A DNA stretch of 64,000 bases from Lepidodermella squamata (GCA_047495785.1 JBLDXI010000031.1:1612001-1676000); one strand, 5' to 3'; numbered from the stretch's first letter, positions 37,201 to 48,684 are shown. Notes: generated from the letters alone by a model not told the origin. Made by a program: numbers and translations.

Positions 37201-40200
37201 TATCTGAGTATATACCTGAGGAATATTTGTGATATAATAAAAACGGCCCTTGTGGTTTCAAATGTGCTAAGGGTGAGGATCTTTTAAATTCGTTAGCTTT
37301 CGCCTGCCTTAGGGCTGTTTGAAAATGAGTGAACCCTCGGATCAAATTCATAAATCAAGCGTATGGACTGTTGGTGAACTAATAAAGTGCAATCTTCTAC
37401 GGCTCCCTACAAGATAATTCCAATGAAATGAAATTTTACGAATTTCATCATCTTAAATTTGAAACTAAACATTCCTCTCAGCCACAGTATTTCATAAGTA
37501 TCCTTTTCCGCAGTATTAGTAACGCGAAATCATGACAAAATCCAACAAAAGAGCAGCCTGCAAAACGACTTCCTTGAGGCTTAATTTTGATATTCGAAAA
37601 TGATCTCGTATATGAGGACAGTAGACGAAAAATCAGCAAGAACGGGAGGTTTTGATTTTCAGACATTTCTTGATACGCTATTTTGGCGTCAATATGGTTG
37701 AATGAGAAACGAGGAGAAGCAATTGTGCTTTCACTCTACACACCTTTAACCTCGCCGCAACAAAAAACAGTTGTGTTTTGTTCTGATTGCTGGCTTATTC
37801 CAAATAAAAACTAACAAGTTCTATAGTATCCATATGAATTATTCAAACAGGTGGTCAGGGGCCGAAGGGTTCGATGGGTGACCAAGGATCCAAAGGTCTC
37901 AAGGGTGACGTGGGCGCAACCGGCCCGCAAGGATCAAAGGGTGGCAAAGGAGACGAAGGAGACACCGGAGCAACCGGTCCCCAAGGCTCAAAGGGCGCCA
38001 AGGGAGATTTCGGTTCGAGCGGAGCCACTGGTCCCCAAGGCTCAAAGGGTGCTAAGGGTGATTTCGGATCGAGCGGAGCCACTGGTCCGCAAGGATCTAA
38101 GGGTCAAGAGGGTGCCAAGGGTGAACCAGGTGAGTCATTATGTTTGTGGGGATTCGCTGCGGTCTTCAACATTGAGTTTTCATTAACAGGCAGTGGCGGT
38201 AGCGGAACGGGTCCTATCGGTCCACGAGGTGAGTGAACCGTCCTGCTTACCCCAATACGTTCATTAACGCTGATTTTTCTATTCCAGGTCCACAGGGCTA
38301 CCAAGGTACGTTCCAGTTAATGATTCGCTAGGCAGTCCACGATGAGACCAACGTTTGAATGATTGCTTTTTAAATTAGGTGATCAGGGCCCGAAGGGTTC
38401 CATGGGTGACCAAGGTTCCAAGGGCCTCAAGGGTGACCTTGGCGCAACCGGCCCACAAGGATCTAAGGGCGGCAAAGGAGACGAAGGAGATACCGGAGCC
38501 ACTGGCCCACAAGGTTCGAAGGGCGCCAAGGGTGAACTTGGATCTGACGGAGCCACCGGTCCGCAAGGCTCGAAGGGTGCTAAGGGTGATTTCGGATCAA
38601 GCGGAGCGACTGGTCCCCAGGGGTCTAAAGGTCACGAGGGTGCTACAGGTGCCAAAGGTGAACCCGGTGAGCTAAATTGTTCACGTTCTTCGCTTCGATC
38701 TAAAAAATGTTCTCTTATTAGGCAGTGGCGCGGGCGGAGCAGGTCCGATCGGTCCAAGAGGCGAGTGAACCGTCTTACTCTCCCTTTTTTATCTATTAAC
38801 GCTGATTCATTCCATTCTAGGTCCTCAGGGTATTCAAGGTGCGCAATAAATCCTGGAAATTTCAAGCAGGCTGTAGACATCAGCAAGAGTTCAACTTTCC
38901 TGTTTGATTTTCAGGTGGTGTCGGCCCGAAAGGTTCTATGGGTGACCAAGGATCCAAAGGTCTCAAAGGTGACTTGGGTGCGACAGGCCCGCAAGGATCC
39001 AAGGGCGGCAAAGGAGACGAAGGGGATACCGGAGCCACCGGTCCCCAGGGCTCCAAGGGCACCAAGGGTGATTTCGGTTCGAGCGGAGCCACTGGTCCCC
39101 AAGGCTCCAAGGGTGCTAAGGGTGACTTCGGTTCGAGCGGAGCCACTGGTCCGCAAGGATCTAAGGGTCACGAGGGTGCTACAGGTGCCAAAGGTGATCC
39201 CGGTGAGCCTTTTTAATATTTTCCGCTTCGTTATGAATGTTTGGTTTCGAACGGAGTAGGTAGCGGTGCTGGTTCTGTTGGGCCGATCGGTCCACGAGGT
39301 GAGTGAAAAGGATTTCTTCCACGATTTCAACTATTAACATTGATTTTTCTGTATTCAAGGTCCACAGGGCTCTCAAGGTACGTAACAGCAACTGGCGCAG
39401 TCCATGATTAGACCAATGTTTCAATGATTACCTCTCTCTGTTAGGTGATCAGGGCCCGAAGGGTTCCATGGGCGACCAAGGATCCAAGGGCCTCAAGGGT
39501 GACCTTGGCGCAACCGGCCCGCAAGGATCAAAGGGTGGCAAAGGAGACGAAGGAGACACCGGAGCAACCGGTCCCCAAGGCTCAAAGGGCGCCAAGGGAG
39601 ATTTCGGTTCGAGCGGAGCCACTGGTCCCCAAGGCTCAAAGGGTGCTAGCGGTGATTTCGGATCGAGCGGAGCCACTGGTCCGCAAGGATCTAAGGGTCA
39701 AGAGGGTGCCAAGGGTGAACCAGGTGAGTCATTATGTTTGTGGGGATTCGCTGCGGTCTTCAACATTGAGTTTTCATTAACAGGCAGTGGCGGTAGCGGA
39801 ACGGGTCCCGTTGGTCCACGAGGTGATTAAATCGCATTGCTTACATAAATTTCATTCATTAACCTTGATTTGTTTCATTCTAGGTCCTCAAGGCTACCAA
39901 GGTACGTTCCAGTTCAGGATTCGCTAGGCAGCCCGCGATGAGGCCAACGTTTGAATGATTGCTTTATATTTCAGGTGACCAGGGCCCGAAGGGTTCCATG
40001 GGCGACCAAGGATCCAAGGGTCTCAAGGGTGACTTGGGCGCAACCGGCCCGCAAGGATCGAAGGGCGGCAAAGGAGACGAAGGAGATACCGGAGCCACTG
40101 GCCCACAAGGTTCGAAGGGCGCCAAGGGTGAACTTGGATCTGACGGAGCCACCGGTCCCCAAGGCTCGAAGGGTGCTAAGGGTGATTTCGGATCGAGCGG

Positions 40201-42893
40201 AGCGACTGGTCCCCAAGGATCTAAGGGTCGCGAGGGTGCTACAGGCGCCAAAGGTGAACCTGGTGAGCCTTTTTTATGTTTTTCGCTCCGGTCTAAATGA
40301 TCAATTGTTTGCTAATCAGGTAGTGGCGCGGGCGGTGCTGGTCCAATCGGTCCACGCGGTTAGTGAATTGATGCTCACGTACTTACATATTCACTTATTT
40401 TATCGTTGCTCAGGTCCTCAGGGCATCCAAGGTACGGAACACATCCTGCGTTCTTCGAACTTCAAACAGGCAATAGATATCAGCAGGATTTTAGCTTTGC
40501 GGTTTGATTTCAGGTGGTGTCGGCCCGAAAGGTTCCATGGGCGACCAAGGATCCAAGGGTCTCAAGGGTGACTTGGGCGCAACCGGCCCACAAGGATCGA
40601 AGGGCGGCAAAGGAGACGAAGGAGACACCGGAGCAACCGGCCCACAGGGTTCCAAGGGCACCAAGGGTGATTTCGGTTCGAGCGGAGCCACCGGTCCGCA
40701 AGGCTCGAAGGGTGCTAAGGGTGATTTCGGATCGAGCGGAGCGACTGGTCCCCAGGGGTCTAAAGGTCACGAGGGTGCTACAGGTGCCAAAGGTGAACCC
40801 GGTGAGTCAATTGTTTGATGGTGTTTAGCGCTGTGGTGTTCAACATTAAGTTTTTGCTGATCAGGCACTGGCGCGGGGGGAATTGGTCCTGTCGGTCCAC
40901 GAGGTTAGTTTACCTCTGTGCGTTTCATGCTTTTATTCTCTAATGCTCGGTTTATTTCTTGCTCAGGTCCCCAGGGCATTCAAGGTGCGCTTTTTATTCT
41001 GCATATTCTTACGCAGTTGGATTTCTATCTATCCGTTTCTCAGGTGGCGTTGGCCCGAAAGGTACTATGGGTGACCAAGGCTCCAAAGGTCAAGCTGGCT
41101 CATCTGGTGCTACCGGCGCCCAGGGATCGAAGGGAGAGAAGGGAGCGTTGGGAGATCGCGGGTTGCAGGGAAGCAAGGGAAATTCAGGTTGGTCTTTTTA
41201 GCTCTTAGTGATCACGCTTTCACCCTGATCGCAGGTGCTCCCGGCAATTTTGGTTCGAGAGGATTCCAGGGCTCTAAGGGTGAGATTCATTTTGGATACC
41301 AGCAATTTTTACCAGTAAATTATTGCAGGTCACAAGGGTGAGATGCCCGATGCTGATGACATCCTGCAAGACATCGATCTCAATGGAATCAAGGGCCTGA
41401 AGGGAGAGCCAGGTGTAGGAGTTCAAGGTACGATGACACCATCTGAACCTCCTTTTTCTCACTGTTTCACGATTTCAGGCCCTAAAGGTGCCAAAGGAGA
41501 CGGTGGCCAAGGTAATACCTAAAGATATAAGGTCTCGAATTGTTAATTATGTATACTTATCTTCTCTCGTTGTTAGGTTCCAAAGGTAACATTTTCAACC
41601 ATCTCATGGTATTTGGACAATAATGTCGGTCATCTGATCCGCTCTGAAAAGGTACCAAGGGAGATCGAGGTGGTTTGGGTTCGCGAGGATTCCAAGGTTA
41701 GTTGTTTTTCAAATTCATCAAGCCGAAGTTATAACTCATGTTTTTCATAGGATCGAAGGGCGCTTCGGGTTAGTTTCTTCGCAAGCACTGTTCACTGGTT
41801 TGCTAGCTTTTTACTCATTTTATTCTTCTTGCCATTAATAAATAGATCTAAATTGTCATAAAAAGTTCCTAGTCGGAAAATATTATTAATGCTCGCAGTC
41901 CCAATGTTTTCCGCCGCTGCAACGCAACCCAACGCGTAAACTGCTTCAAAACATCCCTTTTGTAACAAAAAGACATCGGTGGTCATCACTGAGCTGAAAT
42001 TAAAAGCGGTACCTATACCCTTAGAAAATTGTCGGGAATAGCATGGGTAGATTTAGAGATTGATTTAATTCCATCTAATGTTCGTTGCGGATACGCGAAC
42101 ATTTTTGCCAAAAAAATCACCAAGGAAAAAAGCTAGAATACAGCTATTTTCTAAAAAAATTGTAACCAGTTTGTTTGTCGCCAAGTCAACGCTGCGGCTA
42201 TAACACGATGATGTTGCAAGATTAAGCATAGTTGATGATTTTAAGGTAAATGTATTGATAGTGAAAATTCTCCCAAGGTGGATTACGTTTCAAGATGAAA
42301 TCGATAATTCGCGAAACAGGGTCTTAAAATGGGTGGTTTTTGGGGTAGAATAGCCGAAATTGTATTTAACAATTAGAGCCCTTGGCAATTTCCGATTTGC
42401 AATTTCCAAATCTGTGTGCTCTTGCCCAAAAGAGTAAATCAAAATTAGAATGGATTTCATCTTTAACGCCCGTTTTCTCTTCCTCTTCAAACGTTCAGGT
42501 GCCAAGGGAGAAGTTGGTGTCGGTAAGTTACCTTCTTCCATGTTGACTATCCCATATCTTGTGTTGGTTATTTTCAATCTCAAAACAATTAGGTATCAAG
42601 GGTGAACCTGGTATCGGTAAGTCATCAATCTCCGGGTCAGCTTGGCTTCACCTGATTCATTTCTCGTCTCCTGTTTTCAAGGTAAATGCGGCAAGCGCGG
42701 AAAACGCGGTCACACCGGTCCGCCTGGTCCGCCCGGCATGCTGAACATCGACCAGCTGCGCGAGATCATCATGGCGCTGATGGAAGAAATCGAAGAAGGC
42801 AAGTGCAGCAAGGAGCGCGGCCACGACGGCATTCCTTACCGACGGCGGTGGGGCCACGGCCACGGCTACTACGGCGGCAAAGCGAAGCTGTGA
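19219..42893 (+). CDS. Giant secreted interrupted collagen-like protein ('collagen A'), about 2,800 aa, about 85 exons
   Basis: Exon 1 (19219-19252) plus exon 2 (19316-19390) give signal peptide MKAAVIILSICVVVPLFIDTVVVG. Small Gly-X-Y exons follow (19444-19470, 19529-19564, 19621-19638, 19720-19881), then 22 cassettes with large exons starting near 20111, 22730, 23264, 23796, 24326, 26821, 27355, 27887, 28417, 30936, 31470, 32002, 33541, 34069, 34606, 35135, 37851, 38379, 38916, 39445, 39975 and 40514. Small exons span 41044-42616; the terminal exon is 42682-42893. All introns examined are phase 1. AATAAA at 43115-43120. Confidence 0.9.
25401..26229. mobile_element. Non-autonomous DNA transposon (hAT-like MITE), 829 bp
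   Basis: TIRs CAGGGGCGTAACCAGCC and GGCTAGTTACGCCCCTA. Flanking 8-mers ATCTCAGG (25393-25400) and ATCTCAAG (26230-26237) form an 8-bp TSD with one mismatch, typical of hAT. No transposase ORF. Confidence 0.8.
26510..26690. repeat. Imperfect intronic tandem duplication (about 105 bp period); part of it recurs at about 29250-29383
   Basis: GGATAATTAAATTCGA...AAAAACGCCTA...GTGAGCTCAAAACCTGAACA occurs twice in tandem. 26581-26714 is nearly identical to 29250-29383. Confidence 0.75.
32803..32941. repeat. Long inverted repeat (fold-back hairpin, arms about 62 bp), probably a MITE remnant
   Basis: CCCGTATCAACAGTTTTCAGTAT...GAGCACTTTTCATTGT pairs with ACAATGAAAAGTGCTC...ATACTGAAAATTGTTGGTACGGG with few mismatches. 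Confidence 0.8.
33025..33224. mobile_element. Tc1/mariner/pogo-type MITE, about 200 bp
   Basis: TIRs CAGTGAAACCCCGATTTAGCGTC and GACGCGAAATCGGAGTTTCACGG. TA follows on the right; the left flank is AA (degenerate TA TSD). Confidence 0.65.
36144..36629. mobile_element. Non-autonomous DNA transposon (hAT-like), 486 bp
   Basis: TIRs CAGTGTTGTGGATTAGATTT and AAATCTAATCCCCAACACTG; many internal AAATC subterminal repeats. The flanking 8-mers match only 5/8 (CTATGGAG vs CCAAAGAG). Confidence 0.7.
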
Positions 42894-45800
42894 ACAGCTT
42901 GATAGCGCCATCGACTACTGATGGCAACAAAACTTGAATGTCTATTCTCTTATTTATTGTTCTTGATTGTTCGGTACACCGTTGCGATCAATGTACCGAT
43001 AAAATCTCTAAATTACTGCTATGCTCTCTATTGAGAGAAAAATATCTATTTTGCATATGTTATGAATGATATAGTTTATTTTCGTCCTCATTTACCATTG
43101 AATGCATGCGAATGAATAAAAATTGTCTATCTTGCTTGAATTTTGTTGCTAAATATCGATCCTGACGCGTTACAACTAACAAGACCAACCCACAAACAGG
43201 ACTTCGGTCTAGGTCAAAATGTGGAACAATTGATAAACGGAACAAAATTTGAGCCGTCAAAAATGTAAAGTTTCAGAGAGGCTAATCGAATCGAATGCGG
43301 GTTCAGCGTGTTCGACTGCATTGAATTTCAGACATTTCCCACGCGAAAAATTACGGCAAATTCAAAAAATGAAAAATATTCAAGCTCCAGCCACGCCAAA
43401 AGCAGAAAAGCCTCGTCAGCGAATAATTGTTGAAGATAAATTTTTCTAGTTATTCAATTACGGTTGAAAAATCCGTTGTCCTATTTTCATTGAAAAATAT
43501 TGTTGAAAATTGGATGTAAGCAACCGCGATTTTTAAATCCGCTATTTACAGAATGTCCCAAAAGTAACGCATACAAGAACATGGAACAGAAATGAAATCA
43601 TTGAGTTCGAGATTCAATTCCATATTAAAATAATTAATGAAAAATTAAGTAATTTGGTCGAAACGCGAAAAATACCAAAAACGTTTTCGGCAAATAAACT
43701 TCTTGTCAACAAGTGTCGCGGTAGGGAAATTTTCTACCTCATCAAATTTATCCGTGTTTTCTCTTGTAAATGCTATATTTCGTCGGTGAAATCGCGGATG
43801 AAGGATAGGTATAAATTCATCCTCGGTATAGGTGTAAATTCAGAAAAATAGTTTAACTCATTTATAAAATTTCCAAAATTAGGAAATTGTTGCAAATAAT
43901 TTTTCAACGGTTTTGAAATTGGTAAAATTCTATGCCGATGAAAAAAATCGAAATATTGTTGGAAAATTGCACGTTCCAATTTGATTTTTTTCACGTTAGC
44001 TTGAAAACTTTGTTTTTTTAGAAATTTCTCTCGATTAATTGTAGTTTCATTTGCTTTGTTAACTTATGTCCGCCTTCCCGGGTTTAGTTTCAGATCTAGG
44101 ACGAGACGATGTAATGTGGGAAATGAGTTCAAAAAAATGGTCATTTACGCCGCCATGAAAGTTAAATTGCGGGTTCCAGCAGGCGAGCAGGCGAACAATG
44201 TCGATCGCGTGGTTGGACTGAAAAACATCAAGCACGTGCCCAGGCGGTCGCATCTAAAATTACATGAATGAGTGATAAACACTTTATTTTTCGTGTACGT
44301 TACACCCAGGCCTTGCTACTTTAGCAATCGTTAATTTTTTTCCAATTTTATCAATTTATTTTAGATTAATTATTCATCGACAAGCAGCTCGATCGTATCA
44401 AGGTAACAATGTCTCCTAGAAAATAAAAATCATTAATTTAACAAAAAAATTCCATTGTCTCGATTTTGATTTTTTTCGAAATCCGTCAAATATTAAATAT
44501 TTTACAAAAATAAATTTCAATAATTTCTGCTACGAAAATCAACATGATCTCCCTCCCAAATTTAAAAAAAAATCCGGAAGAAGGGGAATTTTAGGTAGTT
44601 TCTGGAATAAATTCAAATAAATTATAATTTGGAGCCCAATTTCGTCGGAAGGGCGTTGCCGTGTCTCTACGATTGCCCGGGTATTTTCTATTTTCTCGTG
44701 ATTTTTTTCTGTAGCCACGCAAATTTTAGGAATTTAGCCTTGTTCGACACCTTCCTACCTGAGAAATAGCAGTCTAGATCCGTCAAAAAATTCATCGCTG
44801 TTATCTCCGGCGCTAATTACGCTCAATTGGCACGACGTTAGTGGTTAATTAGCAGCAACGAATAATAGGAATATAAATAAGGACCCTGCGCGATTTATAG
44901 TTGGAAAACTGCCATTTACGGTCGTCGAGTGCCGTTAAGGCAAATAATCAGCGCAAGTCGTACGCAGTTAACTGGTTGCATCTGGGGGCCTGATTTGTGA
45001 ATCGGGTCGCACAATAATGGAAAATACTAGTTGATAGTTGTAAGTGCTTCAAGAATCGCGCGGGAGTTCAACGGAGCCAGCGAAAAACCGAATAATCGCC
45101 GCATTTTCAAGCTGTTTTTTACTGAAAAATGAAAAATTGGAAGAAATTGCGCTTCTAATTGGATTCATTACATTGCTGCGCATATTCAAGCACGTCGAAT
45201 TCTATTGGCCGGCGCCTAGTGCGCGCTATTGCGCAACTCGCAAGAGGCGCGCAAGCAAAATCAATTTTCTACGATAGAAAAATGCCAACTAAACTCGTCC
45301 TCGATAAAGAAAAGTGAAAATAGATCGAAGGACAGATTTGAAAAAAATGGGAATACTAGAATTTATTGCATTTTTTAGGACTTGGTTGAATGCCGCACGA
45401 GGCGACCAAGCCGCAAGCTGAATTTCACATTTCAAGGCAGATTTTATTGCGGAAATTATTTCGTTAGCTTCGCACAACAATTTTTTCATAGTTTTCGTCC
45501 GAGAGCCCATTTTTTAATCCATCGTAAATTTCATAAAAATTTATCATGATACAGTAAAGGCTCACCACCAAGCGTCACAGGAACACACCACTTGCAGCAG
45601 CGATTACACAACGCAAATAATTAGGGCGCCGCATGAAGGGACAAGTGGGCGCACGCGCGCGCGATTTGCAACCTGAATAAATGAATGCGACACGCAACTC
45701 AACCAAAGTGCAACAGATTTTTGAAAAGGTGAAACACTAATCCCACGATTTGAAACACGCAATTATAACTGGGGTCCATGAAAGTACCCAGTTTCTTGTG

Positions 45801-48684
45801 GGACGTAGCCCAAAGATAGTTAGCAACCTCTCCACGTTATCCATTTTCACGTGAAACGTTTGAATTTTAAAATAATAAAAAAAATTGCCTTTAATCGAAT
45901 TCAGCCGAAAATTGCACTGAAAATTCGGCTGCGATTGCGGCCTGGCCTGGTACGAGATCTAAAAGTTATCTTTAAGGGCCTCCTATTTAGACCGTGGAAT
46001 TAGGCTGTATGAAGTCTGTATGAAATAATATTGACTTCTACTCATTGCATTTTGAGATTTCTGGGAATAACTCGCTGCGTTGCGCTCTTGTTAATTCGTG
46101 TTGCGCTTTGGTTGAAATATGATGCGCGTGCGACGCTTATTTATTTTCTGCTGCACTTCGGTATTTTGTGTGGCGCTGTGGTTTTCAGCGTACAGTAAAA
46201 CCCCTCATTTTCACGGTTTTTCGCGGTGTGAAGGGACCGCGAAAATTGCTGTCTCGCGACAATTTCTGAACATCGTAAATTTGGTCGTCCCGAAAAAATT
46301 CACGCAAACAAGAGGGCAAGTTTTTTAGCGTGCGTAGATTATGGTTAGCGTTTGTTGCTCTGAGATTTTATTGCTTATTTCGAAAAACGCAACTATCAAC
46401 CAATGGACGATCAGGGCGGAGCTAGGGCGGCACCACGCTTGTGAGTATTACACATAGGTATATTAAGACAACTTTCTGATTTGTGATTATTGGTTGAAAA
46501 CAACGGACGCGCACTTCTCCAATTGGCTTAGGATTGAAACGCGCGACAACAGTTTTACGCCCACCTTAATAATCGCACTACTTTATCATCATTGTTTCGA
46601 GTGAGAATCTGTATTCAACAGAAAGAGCGTTTCCAGAACTTCATTTTCATCAACCGACAATTATAATTCCATGAAATTGCTCATTGACACCAGCGCGCGC
46701 GGTCTCAAGTTCACTTAAAATAATTCGCTAGTTTATTTCGCGCATCCGAGTGCGCTCATTGTTCTAACCGCGCGCGCCAAACGGTACCGCCCGTGCCGGC
46801 GGAAACCGCGATTGGCGTAGATTAGAATCTTGTTCCGTAAAATATTCGTGAACGTAAGCGCGCCGCGAATTATGCAGCCAAGTTGCGCAACTCCTGACAG
46901 GGCATGACCGCGAATTCAAGTACTTAACCGCGAAAAATGGGGTTTGATAAGAACCGCAAGGAAATTTATATGGAATTCAGCATTTATTACCCATCTAGCG
47001 CACAACCAGTAAATCAGAATGCGGGCCTGAGATACCTATGTGCTGTTTTGAATTGTCAACATTTGAGAACAATTTTGAATAAATATCAGAATCGCATCAG
47101 CCGATTTCAAACAGCAATCGCGGTTATTCGGCGCTAATTCCGCTATCGAGCTCATGCGCCAGCCAATCAGCGCACTTGACAATGCGCGCACCGGCCAATC
47201 ATTGCGCGCGTGCGCTACTTATAACTTGAGACTGATACGTTTTAGTCTCAAGATTTATACGCTACACCATCGCTTTCTCAAAAAGCAGGAAAAATGATAG
47301 AAACAAGACTGAAACAAACATCGCAATTTATACGAAGCGCTTCAAAAATTAACTCAACCGTGGTTTGGCTCGATTGTCGCACCTCGTCGCCCTTTAAGTA
47401 TGACCCTGATTTCAGCCTTTCAATTTCTTATAATATTGAATATTTATTTGAAACTTTGAAAATTTTCGATTAAGGGCGAATGAATATTAAAATTAAAAAT
47501 GAATTGATTTATTATCGAAAATTGCTAGAACGGAGAGAACGAGTAGTAGACAGCGGAAAATACCTTTTTATCAGCAATTGATCGTACTCATTCGAAATGG
47601 TGGCATCTTTTCTTGAAATGGAGTGTCTGGACTTGGGTCACTCAGCAGAAAATCTGAAAAAACTCTGGAAAATGTAGGATTTCAACCGCGGAAAAACTCG
47701 TTTCACCGAATAAATAAATTTAAAAAATTATTTTGACGCGCACTCTCTCATTTACCGTTCAAAGATTCGCGTGGCCGAATTATTGCTTAATTTTCATATT
47801 TTCGTGCGAGAAAAAACCTATTTGTATGCAATACAGCGGTGGTTGAATTTTATTTTGCGATGAACACCGCCCACGATAGCAGCCCTCAGCCCTCTGACAT
47901 CGCAGCTCGTGCGGCGCCAAGAAATATCGTATAATTAAGAATTGTTGAATTTTTCGATATGCGGTGTTTAGAAACAATATTCTCGGCGGATGGATAAAGC
48001 CTATAATTACTAGTTAATGTTATTTTAATTTCTTTGAAATGTATCTGATTTGGGCAATTTTTTCCCAAACTTGGTGCTTGGTGCGGCTAATTTGCCTATA
48101 ACACGGCCTTTAAACTTTAACGGGGACCTGTACGAGTTTGATTTTGAACAATTAAGAACTCGTGGCGCATCATCTTATTTTTCGAAAAAAAATTGAGAGA
48201 GATAATTTTTTTCGGATCCGCATTTCTGTACGCATTTTTTTCCAAAACACCGATTTACATTTCAAAAATCAGCAAAAATCAACCAAATTTTGTCCGAAAA
48301 TGATCTTTTGTTAAGGAGGTATGAGGAGTCCCAAATCACCGTCACAACTTGCAATGCGTATAACATATTCTTGAAATTGAGTATAGCTGCAATAACCTTG
48401 GGCCTTATGCCATTCAGCAGCTCTGAAGGCGGGGTGATTTCATGCCAAAAATCATGCGTTGCTATGATTCGACGTTACAAAGCTGAAACCATGCATTTCT
48501 TCGATAATTCAAGGCAAATTATTTTCGAATTTTAGTACAATTCCAGCATCTTTCCAATTCAGTTTTGTCTGAACTTTATTTTTCATCGAAACAAATGATG
48601 TTATTCTCATTTAGATATCTATTTATTTATAAATTTCTATATTTATTCTTGTCGAAATAGCCTAACTGGCTGGCGCTTAGTAAA

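Larger units (their letters stand above)
20111..40985 (+). repeat. Tandem exon-intron cassette repeat of collagen A (about 530 bp genomic, 112-115 aa), in clusters separated by 1-2.2 kb introns
   Basis: Example unit: exon 26821-27099 (279 bp), exon 27162-27200 (39 bp), exon 27261-27278 (18 bp), next unit at 27355. The small introns are also near-identical between units. Confidence 0.95.

Noticed and set aside
19731-41208. Dozens of 60-300 aa ORFs read as separate small collagen genes, including the 295-aa and 298-aa ORFs at 34053 and 38363
   Set aside because: Each is one exon plus intron read-through, or an off-frame or antisense translation. Splice sites link them into one gene with a single signal peptide and one terminal exon.
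42882-42893. C-terminal AKL of collagen A as a peroxisomal PTS1 signal
   Set aside because: The protein has an N-terminal signal peptide and is a multi-thousand-residue collagen; the tripeptide is most likely coincidental.
46191-46950. Possible Tc1/pogo-like element starting TACAGTAAAACCCCTCATTTTCACGG
   Set aside because: The candidate right TIR near 46928-46950 matches only loosely and no TSD or transposase remnant is visible.
43000-48600. Short ORFs and CCAAT/GC-rich patches between the two collagens (likewise 16300-19100)
   Set aside because: No recognisable domains, coding bias or consistent splice chains. No tRNA, rRNA or promoter could be supported.
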